Origin: Macrostomum lignano
Lineage: Eukaryota
Length of the DNA: 64,000 nucleotides
Assembly (NCBI GenBank): GCA_002269645.1
Contig: NIVC01000238.1
Coordinates: forward strand, 103,118 to 167,117
Reading direction: 5' to 3'
The position numbers were made by a program, and so were the translations under genes. Below, in pieces: positions 35,518 through 48,594 of the stretch. Positions within the stretch are counted from its first letter, which is position 1. Every line of letters begins with the position of its first letter. A model generated the notes under the pieces. It saw only the letters and a program-made list of their open reading frames with translations, ran no database searches and had not been told where the DNA came from.

Positions 35518-36722
35518 AAAACATAAAAGAAGCATCACATCGAACATAAAAGATGCGTAGAAACGTCACGTCGGAACATAAAAGAATCGTCATGTCAAAC
35601 ATAAAAGAAACGTAGAAGCGTCACGTCCAACATAAAAGAAGCGTCATATCAAACATAAAAGAAGCGTCACGTCCAACATAAAAGAAGCGTCACGTCCAAC
35701 ATAAAAGAAGCGTCATGACCAACATAAAAGAAGCGTCATGACCAACATAAAAGAAACGTCACGTCCAACATAAAAGAAACGTCACGTCCAACATAAAAGA
35801 AACGTCACGTCCAACATAAAAGAAACGTCACGTCCAACATAAAAGAAGCGTCACGTCCAACATAAAAGAAGCGTCACGTCGAACATAAAAGAAACGTCAC
35901 GTCGAACATAAAAGAAACGTCACGTCCAACATAAAAGAAACGTCATGTCGAACATAAAAGAAACGTCATGTCAAACATAAAAGAAACGTAGAAGCGTCAC
36001 GTCGAACATAAAAGAAGCGTCACGTCGAACATAAAAGAAACGTCATGTCAAACATAAAAGAAACGTAGAAGCGTCACGTCCAACATAAAAGAAGCGTCAC
36101 GTCGAACATGAAAGAAGCGTCATGACCAACATAAAAGAAACGTAGAAGCGTCACGTCCAACATAAAAGAAGCGTCACGTCGAACATAAAAGAAGCGTCAC
36201 GTCGAACATAAAAGAAGCGTCATATCAAACATAAAAGAAGCGTCACGTCGAACATAAAAGAAGCGTCACGTCCAACATAAAAGAAACGTCACGTCGAACA
36301 TAAAAGAAGCGTCACGTCCAACATAAAAGAAGCGTCACGTCGAACATAAAAGAAGCGTCACGTCGAACATAAAAGAAGCGCCACGTCGAACATAAAAGAA
36401 GCGCCACGTCGAACATAAAAGAAGCGCCACGTCGAACATAAAAGAAGCGTCACGTCGAACATAAAAGAAGCGTCACGTCGAACATAAAAGAAGCGCCACG
36501 TCGAACATAAAAGAAGTGCCACGTCGAACATAAAAGAAACGTCACGTCCAACATAAAAGAAGCGTCACGTCCAACATAAAAGAAGCGTCACGTCGAACAT
36601 AAAAGAAGCGTCACGTCGAACATAAAAGAAGTGCCACGTCGAACATAAAAGACGCGTCACGTCGAACATAAAAGAAGCGTCACGTCAAATCTAAAAGAAG
36701 CGTCACCTCAAACATCAAAGAA
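35518..36722. repeat. 23-bp minisatellite (AACATAAAAGAAGCGTCACGTCG)
   Basis: About 50 units with point variants and GTAGAA insertions. Confidence 0.95.
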
Positions 36723-37287
36723 ACGCCATACCAATGCTCACTCGGGAGATGCTGAGATGCTAGTGAGTGACTTAACGATGCGAAGCTTTTAGCAGGTAAA
36801 ACTTTTTCACCCAACACATTTCTTCCTTCTTTGCAGTTAAATCCCAGAACGGAGACCAAGAAAGCTATGATAGTAAACTAAATGGATGTGTGAACAATGT
36901 TTGAAGTTTTAAAGCATTTTTGTCAAAGATGAAGTAAAAATCTTTTAAATATAAACTCTGAGTAAATAGAGGCAGCAATGTCTTTGATCTCAGGAGAAAG
37001 CTCCGAAACAAAGGAACTCAAGCAAAGAAGCCCGCCCCCAGACTTATCGACTACAATGAAGCGCATGAGAGCCAAGAAGACTTGCTCTCTACGATTGGCT
37101 GCGATCCCGCCTTTAACAGACTTTCTCCCCGTGGCCCAACGGAATTGCCATCCGACAGCAGCTCATAAAAAACCCGGTCGCAACCCGGTTGCCAAATCAC
37201 TGCTGAAGAACTTCTAAAGTGTATCGTCCTACAATTAGAATCACAAGAAATTGAAAGCTAAAATAACCTTACTAGCTCTGCAGTGCC

Positions 37288-40200
37288 ATGGCTGAGCAAT
37301 GCTTGTCATTAAAACTTGCTTTTCTATTCGGTAAGTGACTAAAATGCAGCTCCCAAATTACTCGTATTTAAGACTGCCTAGATTAATCTTTTTGATTGTT
37401 TTATACTGACTTCATTGCCCCAACGCAGTTTTCTGCTCTCTCGTGCTTCGAGTACAAGGCGACAGTTCGCGGACCTATTCTGTGTGCTCAGAGCAGCAGC
37501 TTCACATGCTGGAAGCCGTTCTGAACGCCTACAACAACGTCACGACAACAACCAAGGCCACTGATGTAATCGACTGTCTAGCAAAGTGCCAGAGGGTGAG
37601 CTGCAGCGCTGCCGTCTCTGTGGAGAGCAATGCCATGTGCGAGATGGTCGGCATAACAACCGCCAAGCTGTCAATCTCAGCAAATCAGGTGCAGCGAGTC
37701 ATCGGATCTCAGGTCGGTGCAAAGGTGTGGAAGGCGGACGACAGCGACTGGCCTTCGCCTGCAGTGCAGCTTCGGAGTGAGTCATCAATGCATTGTTGTG
37801 GATTGGCTAGCAAAGACCGAAATTGCACTCACTCCAGTTTTGTAACTCGCTGACGCTGCTCCATTGCAGACAGCAGCACAGGTAAAAACGGCTCAATCCA
37901 AAGCGTCCTCATCAACACGACCGGCTGCTACCTGATCAAAGCTGCCGGTGCCAGAGGTGGCGACAACTTACTGAACAACACATCCGGAGGCCAGGGAGCC
38001 CAGGTGAGCGCCAGAGTCAACCTGACGGCCGGCACCCAGCTGAGCATCATTGTGGGCCAGATGGGTGGCTCGACGTCTTTGGATTACGAAGGAGGCGGCG
38101 GAGGCGGCGGCAGCTTCGTGTACCGGACGGGCGACCGGCTGCTGCTGCTGGCAGCCGGCGGAGGCGGCGGAGCTTCCAGCATTAAAAATGGTGAGCTCAG
38201 TAGCTGCAGTTGCTAGAAATCGTAGAGAGCAAGTCTTCTTGGCTCTCATGCGCTTCATTGTAAAGTGTCTTGCTCAAGGACATATTGTTCCAGTGGAATC
38301 GGAAATCGAACCCCCGACCTTCAAGTCGCGATCTTCCGACGCTCTAACCTCTAGGCTACATCCCCTCTATTGTAGGAGTCTACTTAATCTGCTGTCTACA
38401 GAGAGTTCACTTGTTGCTATTGCTATATTTAGGAATTGGCTCGTCAATCTATCCTTCTCTAACCCGGCCGGAGCCAGGCTACAATCTGGACAGGAAAATT
38501 ATAGCGCAGTCTTCGTGTATTCTTTGGTAAATTGCTGCTTATATAATATCCTATATCGTTATGATAAATGGTGTTTTTAGCAAAGAATGTATGGCTTAAT
38601 TGCGACCCTGTCGGGGAAACTAAATGCAGCGGTTTCTTCTAATTAATTGTTCCCAGAGGGCATACAGTAGAATCAAAAAAGCCTAATGATTTGATTGCTG
38701 ACCGCGTTGTTCTGCCTGGTCATCTTTTAAAGAAAACCCCCGCGGTTCCAAGCGCCTGCAGTCTTTCAGCCAAGGCTTCCAGAGTTGAAACCATTAAGTA
38801 AATCATCTAGCAGATGCTTCATTTGATATGTTTTGGTGACTGGTAGGGTTTTCATGGAGCCCCGGGGCATTTAGATAAATAAAATGCCGATTCCAGGGGC
38901 TTGCTGTCTATTGCATTTCTCGCCTAAAGATATCACATTTAATGGGTGAGCAACACACTGGAGTCCTACGACAAGCAAACTGCATACATAATACCAGCGG
39001 AGATTCAGACGAATCTGTCCGTAAAAAATGAATGGTTGCGGCCCATAAGTATTACCATGATCATTATCATTATCTATCAGTTCAGCTGCACATTATCTAG
39101 TGCATGACTCGAATGTGTTGCGCTAAAGTCTTCAAAATCGGCGATTATAGCGAGTCATCAATGGCCACTCATTCAGCGTTTTGTCGACTGCCTACTGACT
39201 GACGCTGGCGGCGACTCGTGGCTTCTTTTAAGAAATCTTTCGAATACACAGCACCCATCAAGATGCTAATTTCGAATGCTGACATATTTTAACTGCAAAC
39301 AAAATATTCATATATTTAGACATCCTTAAACATCGGCTAATCAGTTTCATCTTTCATGCATAGACCAAGCCATTGCTGTTTGAGTTTAGTCAAGCAGGGC
39401 CCGACAATAGCCTATTGTCTTTGAAATTAATGGGTAACAGGTGGTAAACATTCCCCAAAAGGGCTATACTTGCTTTCCGTGTGCAGCTCAGAAAAGAATG
39501 CTTCACTGCGGCGCTGCCTATATTTTGCTGAAGTGAAGGGCGTAAGTATGCCAGACTATGGCTGCTGTGAGCATGCAGGCAGTCATTCGTTGACATCTGC
39601 AGGACCTCTTATGACTAACGTCGCTTCCCTGTCTCTGCAATAGTCTAACCTAGCTCGAATCCCGTGCAAGGCAACAGCAGAAATGATTGAAGAGTGTGGA
39701 TCCCTGCTTTTCTACCTCAGCGGACGGGTATTAGGACTGTGACTTCTCCTTTTCAGAGTTGCTTCAAAAGGAATAAAAGTTATACTGTTACAGCTGCAGA
39801 AAGTTCAGCCTTAGGGGTGTTCGGGTCGGCCATTTTTTCGGGGTTCGGGGTTTACCCCGAACCCGGTACCCCTACCCCGAACCCCGAACCCGACCCGGAA
39901 CACCTACCCCGAACCCGGTACCAAAACCCGACCCGAAACCCGACCCGACCCCGAACCCCGAACACCCCTATTCAGCCTACAGCTGTAGGTCTGAAACAAA
40001 GCCTCCATCCTCCATTTGACTCCACTTTGAGTTCGTTGTTATATTTTAATTCACCGTCCCATTTCTGTACAAGTTTCACTTAGCTAGTAGAAAAAGTAAT
40101 CTTAGCAAATAAAATAATGGGGGCAAAGTTTATCCAGGAGCGTCCCCGATGGAGGACGCGTGTTCAATGATGACTTTTGTTCCTTTTTTACAGGGTCATA

Positions 40201-43200
40201 CAGATTTTAGCATCGGATTTAATGCCTAGCTTTTGGCTTCTGAAATGCGCCTAAAGTTCTTAACTTCTTTGGGCCAATGGAAAAACGTTTGTATCATGAT
40301 CATATGTTAGGAAAGTTAAAAAGTTGCTGTTGTCCGTCAAACCCATCTTCTTACCTGTATATGCGATATTACGTTCGATAGTCTTTTTCAAACTTCGCCT
40401 GAGGTCTACGGACAAGATTTCTTCACGGGGTCAGTGGTCGCGCTGACCCTTTTTAGCATAGCGTCACAAGCAGAGTTTTTTAGCTCCAATCTGGCGCTGC
40501 AGGCAACAACACTGAATATTGTATATTTATGAACACGCAATGTGCATTGCAGAAAGCAATGAATTCCTTAAACTGGTTCTGGCTGAGGACTTGACTTAGA
40601 ATCAAGGATATTAATACAGCCTCCCCCAGGCATTCATTTTGTGTACAGAGCCTAGCCATTAATGACCATTGGGGTGGCGAGTATTTTGGGCTTAAAAGTG
40701 CGCGCTGCAGGAAATACAATTTTACTTATTAAGGTTGCAGTTAAATCCCTCTGACGGCTTATCTGCCTCCGCCACCTAATAGCAAGCAGTCGTTGCCATC
40801 CTGAAAAACGACTCAAGAAGTTCAACAAGCATCTCTCTTCCATGCTATTATGCAAATTCCTAATTTAGGCATGCAAGGCCTGATTTTCGTCATAGAAGAT
40901 GATAGGGAAGAGACGGAGTTGAACAGGGAGGCTGCAGAGAGACTGCATCTTTATCATTGGCTATCGAGAAGATGGCCTCAGTGCTTTCTGCAGCACCTGC
41001 TGCGACTTTTTGCGCGGGCCACTAGTTTCGATGCGGCAATGCAGACTCCGAGGCTACAGCGGCACAGAAACAAACGAAAATAGAACTGTTACATGCAGCT
41101 CAGCACTGTCATTGGCTGGCTCTGCGAGAGAGCAAAATGATGGACAGAGATGGTAAATAAATGCGCTTGCTTTTAGTTCTCCCCGTGGTTCACTCTCACT
41201 TTCACTCCCTCTTAGCTACCTGAAAATCTGAGCTGATTACGGAAGGTCACCGCCGCGGTCAAGCCAAGAAATGAGCAACGAAAACAGTCTCGACACTGGC
41301 AACGAGGCTGGAAGGTGAACCTAAAAAATTCAATACATTTCATTTTCAAACAACCGTTCTAATTGATTTTCAATGATGCTAATTATGTCAAACCTTTTGC
41401 AGCGAGGCGTCAACTTCCACATCGGCAACTGGGCAGGATGTTGATCAGCCGCCGCTCCAGCTGCCGCAACAGCGTATACAGCAACAGCAGCAGATTCAAC
41501 AACAAGAACAACAGCAAGAACAGCAGCACCGGCCAAGCCTGGTCCTGCTTGAACCAGACGAAGACTCGGAATGTTTTTACTCGTTTAACGATGAAACCGA
41601 CAGGGAGAGTCTGCGCGAACGAGAGGACGTTCTAACATCGCCAGCCGTGTCCCCGGTGCCCTGGGCGCGGGAGATGTCGCCTGCGGCTGGGGGCAGGCGG
41701 ACTGGTGCGTTCTGGCGCGGATGGGCACCTTGCATCGCTGTTTAGCATTTTCAATTGCCAAGCATGTTTACTTCTAGCTCAGTATTGACTTTTGAGTGAC
41801 GCAACTTGCGCCACGCGACGCAGAGTTGGGCCGGGTGAGGAGGGATTGGGAAGAGCGGCGGGCGAATATTGGATGGATTGAAGCTTCCGCCCGGTTTTCA
41901 TTGTTTTCTAAAGCATTTTTTGACAGTGACACTGCTCACTGGGAAGCTACTCGACCCTCGCAAATTGTGTGATTTTCATTGGAGGCCGGGTTTCGTTGCT
42001 ATGAATCAGTGAGCTTCCGAAATGCTGTTAATGCTATTAGGCTTGGTTTAAGAGCTTCATAAACAAAAAAACGTTCATTAATTACAAAGCAAGTATCAGC
42101 TGTTCCATAGTGCGCATAACTGGCAGTGCCAAATTATTTATATCTTTGCATTTGCATTCTAATAATAAGGAAAAGGTGTTTAGCGTCGAGTGAGTTATAT
42201 GCTAGAGTGGTGTTGGCCTTGCTCAATACATTATGCAGAATACTTAGTGAGCTTTTAATATGCTTCAATTGCAGCACTGAACCAAGCGGAGTCAACAGTG
42301 CCGCTTCAGGTCAACTCCGGCCGCCAGTTTGTCACCCTTCAGGTGCCCAGCCTGCGGATTCCAGTGAGTGACTACATTACTTTCCAGGTATGGTTTTTGA
42401 TTTAAAACAACTCAAACTACGACAGGCTTAAGGAAATTTTCAGTTTGAATTTCACATCTTCAATCAATTCTACTTACCATAAGTAGGTCGTCGAGCGCAT
42501 TGAAACCTACAGAACTCTGAAAGAGGCACGTATGTGCAGTTCGATGGCACTGTTGCGTTGGTCTATCGTATTTTCCTACCTTAATAATACCAATAGTAAT
42601 AACTTTTTGTACATGGGATGACTATAATTATCATTCTTATTATTAATTAATAACACCTGCACCAAATGGGCCAGACGTGCAACCGACAGCTCAGCCGCAG
42701 CTATTGCGTGGCGCCTTTGAAGGCTGCGTACGGCTGCTCAGTCCAAGGACTGGAGCATCACCACATATGCCCTGAATACCCCAACTAATGCTGGCACCCA
42801 TTTTACAGCTGGGTGAACTGAGGCAACGCAGAGTTAAGTGTAATACAAATTTTTCCAATGGGATCGGGAATCGAACCCCCGACCCTCAAGTCGTGATTCC
42901 GACTTTCTAACCACTAGACTACAACCCCTCCACTAGGCTGCAACCCCTTCCATCAGGCTACAACCCTCTCCACTAGGCTACAACCCCCTCCACTAGGCTA
43001 CAACCCCCACCATCAGGCTACAACCCCCTCCACAAGGCTACAACCCCCACCATCAAGCTACAACCCTCTCCACTAGGCTACAACCCCTCCACTAGGCTAC
43101 AACCCCCTCCATCAGGCTAGCTCGTACAACCCCCTCCATCAGGCTAGCTCGTACAACCCCCTCCATCAGGCTAGCTCGTACAACCCCCTCCATCAGGCTA

Positions 43201-46200
43201 GCTCGTACAACCCCTCCAGGCTACAACCCCCACCATCAGGCTACAACCCCCTCCACTAGGCTGCAACCCCTTCCATCAGGCTACAACCCTCTCCACTAGG
43301 CTACAACTCCCACCATCAGGCTACAACCCTCTCCACTAGGCTGCAACCCCTTCCATCAGGCTACAACCCTCTCCACTAGGCTACAACTCCCACCATCAGG
43401 CTACAACCCCCTCCACTAGGCTGCAACCCCTTCCATCAGGCTACAACCCTCTCCACTAGGCTACAACCCCCTCCACTAGACTACAACCCCCACCATCAGG
43501 CTACAACCCCCTCCACAAGACTACAACCCCCACCATCAAGCTACAACCCTCTCCACTAGGCTACAACCCCTCCACTAGGCTACAACCCCTCCATCAGGCT
43601 AGCTCGTACAACCCCCTCCATCAGGCTAGCTCGTACAACCCCCTCCATCAGGCTACAACCCCCTCCACTAGGCTACAACTCCCACCATCAGGCTACAACC
43701 CTCTCCACTAGGCTACAACCCCCACCATCAGGCTACAACCCTCTCCACTAGGCTACAACCCCCTCCACTAGGCTACAACCCCCACCATCAGGCTACAACC
43801 CTCTCCACTAGGTTACAACCCTCTCCACTGGCTCCAACCCCCTCCATCAGGCTAGCTCGTACAACCCCCTCCATCAGTTTACAACCCCCACCATCAGGCT
43901 ACAACCCCCTCCACTAGGCTACAACTCCCACCATCAGGCTACAACCCTCTCCACTAGGCTACAACCCCCTCCACTAGGCTACAACCCCCACCATCAGGCT
44001 ACAACCCTCTCCACTGAGCTACAACCCCCTCCATAAGGCTAGCTCGTACAACCCCCTCCATAAGGCTAGCTCGTACAACCCCCTCCATCAGGTTACAACC
44101 CCCACCATCAGGCTACAACCCCCTCCACTAGGCTACAACTCCCACCATCAGGCTACAACCCTCTCCACTAGGCTACAACCCCCTCCACTAGGCTACAACC
44201 CCCACCATCAGGCTACAACCCTCTCCACTGAGCTACAACCCTTTCCACTGAGCTACAACCCCCTCCATAAGGCTAGCTCGTACAAACCCCTCCATCAGGT
44301 TACAACCCCCACCATCAGGCTACTTACCCCCTCCATCAGGCTAGCTCGTACAACCCCCTCCATCAGGTAACAACCCCACCATCAGGCTACTACCCCCTCC
44401 ACCAGGCTAGCTCGTACAACTCCTTCATCAGGTTAAAACCCCCACCATCAGTCTACAACCCCCTCCACTAGGCTACAACCCCCACCATCAGGCTACAACC
44501 CCTTTCCACTAGGCTACAACCCCTCCACTAGGCTACAACCCCCACCATCAGGCTACAACCCCTTTCCACTAGGCTACAACCCCTCCACTAGGCAGTACCC
44601 AATATAAATTATCCTATCTTAAAATCTAATAAGTTTTAGCAGGCTTCATAATGTTTTACGTAATAGCGACTGCATGTGTGTGACCTTGGACAGGCGTAAT
44701 GGCGTGCGAGTAAGCAACTAATGACATAAATGCATAACATGTATGCAAGCAGGTAAATCAATTAGACCTTCAGGAAAAGTATGCAATTAACCGCAATTTG
44801 GTGACTTTTTAATAAATTTTGTATCAAAATGCCTTCCAATTTCAAGTCTGAGCAAGATTAAGCTGAGCGAACCTGAGCTGGAATGTTTGGAGTATAGCTA
44901 TAGGCTTGGCAAATGACTGCACTGCAGGTGGCCAATAGCCAATCATGATTTATGCGGTCTCGCCAGCCTCAAATTTTTAACAAACGAGTTACCGAGTTTA
45001 ACGAGTTTACTCATATACTGGGAAACCTTTTAGCACCAGTGCGATCGACAAGTGCAAGCCAATTTAATTGAAGCGCGCACGGTGTCCCTACGTAGGTTCT
45101 AAATTGCATTCATTTAAAATTCATGTAAAATTATAAGGATTGAAATAGATAAGAGCGACAATGCTTCGCACAGCCTGAAATTGAAAATTGTGGGCACTCA
45201 ACGAAATTTAAATTCAGAGGCAGACAGAGTGACAAACTTTTAACTCGCATTCTCTATTGCATTAAAAATGAACGAAAGTCGAAAAGGACACATGGCATAG
45301 TTCGATTAAATGGCTGAGTGATCTTAGAAGAAACTTTTAGAGGAGAGTGGATAGTGGATCGAGAGAAGGGAAAGTTAAAAAGAAGAGAGGAAAGAAGGAG
45401 ACAAGAGGCCTAACACACAACACCATTGTAAAGAACTTTTATCCAGACAAAATGACAAGTCAAAACGGCCATTATTACACCATTCAGCGACTCCAGAGGC
45501 AGATTTTTCCAATTGATAAGAGCAGGCATACTAGGATTTTATTACACTAATTAAAATTTATAACGTATTATCTTATCTGATTGTCAATTTAACTGTCCAT
45601 CGCCACAGTTCACCCACCGTGGCCAATCAGTTCACCCACCCTAATCTAATCTCTCGTCCAATCAAATCAAATTTACAAGTGTGAAATTATGGCCGATCAA
45701 AAGTGTGTTTAGTCTAGGCAGTCAGTTTTGTCTACTCAATTCACGATTTTGACGATGTGAAACTTAGAGCTGAAGTGGTTCAGTGATTTCTGGGTCTGAG
45801 TTCTATGCTGAAACTCCAGCATTCATCTCACCTGAAATGCCATTGATTCCTATTGGACTCTGAGCAACAGATCGAATTCGACTTTCCCGATGTATATCTA
45901 GCTAGTGTAAACTAACTTCAGACCCTACATAATACCTTTGACTGAGTTAATAATGCACCATATCATAGAGGTAAATCTCTGAGTTAACCATATCATTGTC
46001 ATGTTTTTATCCCCGAATCTTGTAATACATGGACAACTAGAATAAACGGACGCTACACTCGAAAAAATCGTTTAGATTTCACTGCAAGGACCACTAGAAG
46101 TTACCGTTATATCCGGACGCAGCACGCTTAGATACTGCAAAATTATTTGAAGATCCGCTTGTTTGCACTGCAGCTAAACTTTAAATGATCAGAACAATTA

Positions 46201-48594
46201 CACTGCGGTAGCTGTCCTTGTTTCACCACAGGCACTATAGAGAGGCAGGAATTCGCCCTAAACTTTTTAGCAAAAAATTGACGATATCTCCCTGGATGCT
46301 TTGACTTTCGAAATGTAAATGCAAAGAGTCAACCGAGGTTTTTTTGCGATTTTTACTGTTAAATCTAGGAAAACAATCTAGGAAATTGTCAGTCTCCATT
46401 GAGAATTTGGACTGTGAAGCCATGATTTTGAAGCCATGATCTCGTAGTAAACCATGTTTTTGCGAAATCTCACCTTTGAGTTGTAGATCGCAGCCCGTCG
46501 GCCCCGCCGCTTCAGATTCTCCTCGCCGGGGCCGCTGGACTCCGCCTCGTCTTCGTTGTCGCTGGTGAGGCTGTTGGCGCTGCCGCGTCGCTTGATCTGC
46601 GCGCGCGTGCGGCACGAGAAATTGTGCGAATCGTTATAACAAATACAATGATGACGAAATCAAATAATAATAGAAATAACTTTGAGCTTGGCTGGATCCA
46701 AGAGCTAGAATTTCACAATACGCATGAAAATGCTCTAAATCGGCTGGGATATATCCAATAAGGAAAAAGCATTATTATATTGCTTCAGTATAGTTTACTC
46801 TCAGTATGTTTTGATGATTGCTCCAAATCAAGGAGGTGGAAGGCAGGACTGCACATTCCCCTGAGACACATATGTAGTGACCTTCAATTACTCCATCGTC
46901 AGGCATTTACACACTCTGTACACCTCGGGGTTGGCCCAGATAGGCGACAACTGCACAACAAGCCCCCTCCGGGCCAAATTAATGTACGGATTTGTACAAT
47001 ATTTCTTACAGGTAACTGGCGAGAGAGCCGCTCTGCCCGGTCTAAAGAGGTACTACGCATTATAATATAGAATTTTGCCCTGCTGCTCTGTTTTCTGAGA
47101 CGTACCCCTCTGGTTTGAAACCCAAACAGGAAGTTGGTCAAAGCCTATGGAGTTTCTCGATATTTCGCCAATAAAAATGCTGACTGTGAAATGCGATTTA
47201 TAATATAATAGGCACTCAGTTTAAGACATGGGTTGGCAAACTCCGGCCCGGCAAACTCCTTTCCTCTCTCCTCTTCTGTCTTCTCTTCTCTATCATCTCC
47301 TCTCTCCTCTCCTCTCTCCCCTCCTCCGGCCCGCATTCTCTAGGTTCTCTATTTGGCCCTTGAGGTAAAAAAGTTTGCGAAACCCTGGTTTAAGGCCTAA
47401 TATTTTCCATATACTTAGTAGAACGAACAGGCATTTAATATTGAATTCACTTTATATAATGTCGTGAAAGACAGAAATAGGGTACACAATAAAGACAACT
47501 ATTTAAAAAAACACAATTCCGACTTTTTAAGCGCAAATTAGCCATGATTGGCAATAATATTTAAGCTCGCTCGTTCTAGACGCGAAATGCTTAAATGCTT
47601 TGCACTTTACACGGGCCAGTATTTGCCCACTATTCATTGACTACCCTTATTGACAATTCTGCAGCAAAATAGTTCTGGAAAAGTACATTTCCAGTCGCTG
47701 ATGACTGACTCCTGTTCCGCTAATTTATGTGGTCTATTACGCCACGACTCACCCAAGCTCGACCCCAGTGGTGAATCTGAAAGTATTATCACCTCTTAAT
47801 CTTCATCCCAATTTAAGTTGAGCGAAGCATTTCGCCTCACCTCTCTCCTCCTCTCTTTCTGGCTAGTTGAGCCTGATCAATTTTCCTCTTTTTCTCCTCA
47901 TAATTCAATTGGAATGCAGAGTACGAAACAGGAAGTCATCAAGTTGCAGGCTCGGGTGCATGTTGCCACTTTCTGATTAAGTTCCTATACGCTCGTAATT
48001 GTTGATGCCATCGAATGGGCGTGAAATTTCTATTCTGACTTACAGTTTTAGCCCTGATAAGCAAAAACCACTCGGATAAGCAGTTTGGCTGATTTCACTG
48101 CAGGAAAACCAGGAGAGACTGGGATAAACGGTTCCGACAGCCTGGGTGGCTACGCCTCCTTCACGGGATTCGGCGGCACCAACGGTCAGCCGGGCTACAA
48201 CAATCCCGCTGACACCCCAAGCAATAGCAACCACGGCGGCTGCGGCGCCGGCTGGCTCGGCAGGGCCGTCAGCCCAAGGCGGAGCTCTTCGGACGGAGAG
48301 AGAGGCGGCAGTCTGTCCGACGGCTGGGTCGGCGGCAGCGCCGGAAACGGCAGCGTCTGCGACGGAGGCTTCGGGGGAGGCGGCGGAGGCGGCAGCAGGA
48401 CCAGCTCACTGAAAGGCGCCCCTGGAGCTGGCGGTGGCTTCAGCGGCGGCGGTGCCGGACTGGGCTACGGCCACAGCGGCGGCGGCGGTGGCTCCTTCTG
48501 CAGGGGCGGCTGCGTGTTCGGCGGCACCTGGACCGGCGACCAGGGCTTCGTGTCCGTGCTTCTGGAGTCGGCCGCCTGCGACTCGCGCACCTGA
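37288..48594 (+). CDS. Secreted PAN-like + ALK/LTK glycine-rich-domain gene, copy B (exons 37288-37330, 37429-37776, 37870-38190, 48104-48594)
   Basis: Spliced signal MAEQCLSLKLAFLFVFCSLVLRVQG; DCLAKCQRVSC...C; GSIQSVLINTTGCYLIKAAGARGG; all introns GT-AG phase 1; exon 3 is 321 nt as in copy C. Joining exon 4 across 9.9 kb is inferred. Confidence 0.75.
38261..38365 (-). mobile_element. Partial tRNA-SINE (head + part of core)
   Basis: gaaatcgaacccccgaccttcaagtcg...cgacgctctaacc matches the 33.5 and 42.9 kb copies. Confidence 0.7.
39812..39970. mobile_element. hAT-type MITE (159 bp)
   Basis: TIRs TAGGGGTGTTCGGG...CCCGAACACCCCTA; perfect 8-bp TSD TTCAGCCT (39804-39811, 39971-39978); internal CCCGAA/CCCGAC repeats. 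Confidence 0.9.
41271..42363 (+). CDS. Nested gene fragment, Gln-rich/acidic low-complexity protein (exons 41271-41314, 41403-41704, 42275-42363)
   Basis: Phases compatible (2/2, 1/1) and GT-AG sites; MSNENSLDTGNEAGSEASTSTSATGQDVDQPPLQLPQQRIQQQQQ...EPDEDSECFYSFNDETDRE...; no terminal exon found. Confidence 0.6.
42622..42930 (-). mobile_element. tRNA-derived CORE-like SINE
   Basis: Homologous to 33268-33620 over body and head. Confidence 0.75.
42911..44593 (-). repeat. 20-27-bp minisatellite derived from the SINE 5' end (GGGGTTGTAGCCTAGTGG)
   Basis: About 80 units of ccactaggctacaacccc / ccatcaggctacaacccc, contiguous with the SINE head. Confidence 0.9.
46474..46596 (-). CDS. Isolated symmetric exon, 41 codons, with a kinase pseudosubstrate-like motif
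   Basis: gcag|ATC...AAG|GTGAGA; IKRRGSANSLTSDNEDEAESSGPGEENLKRRGRRAAIYNSK; GC-rich amid AT-rich DNA. Confidence 0.65.
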
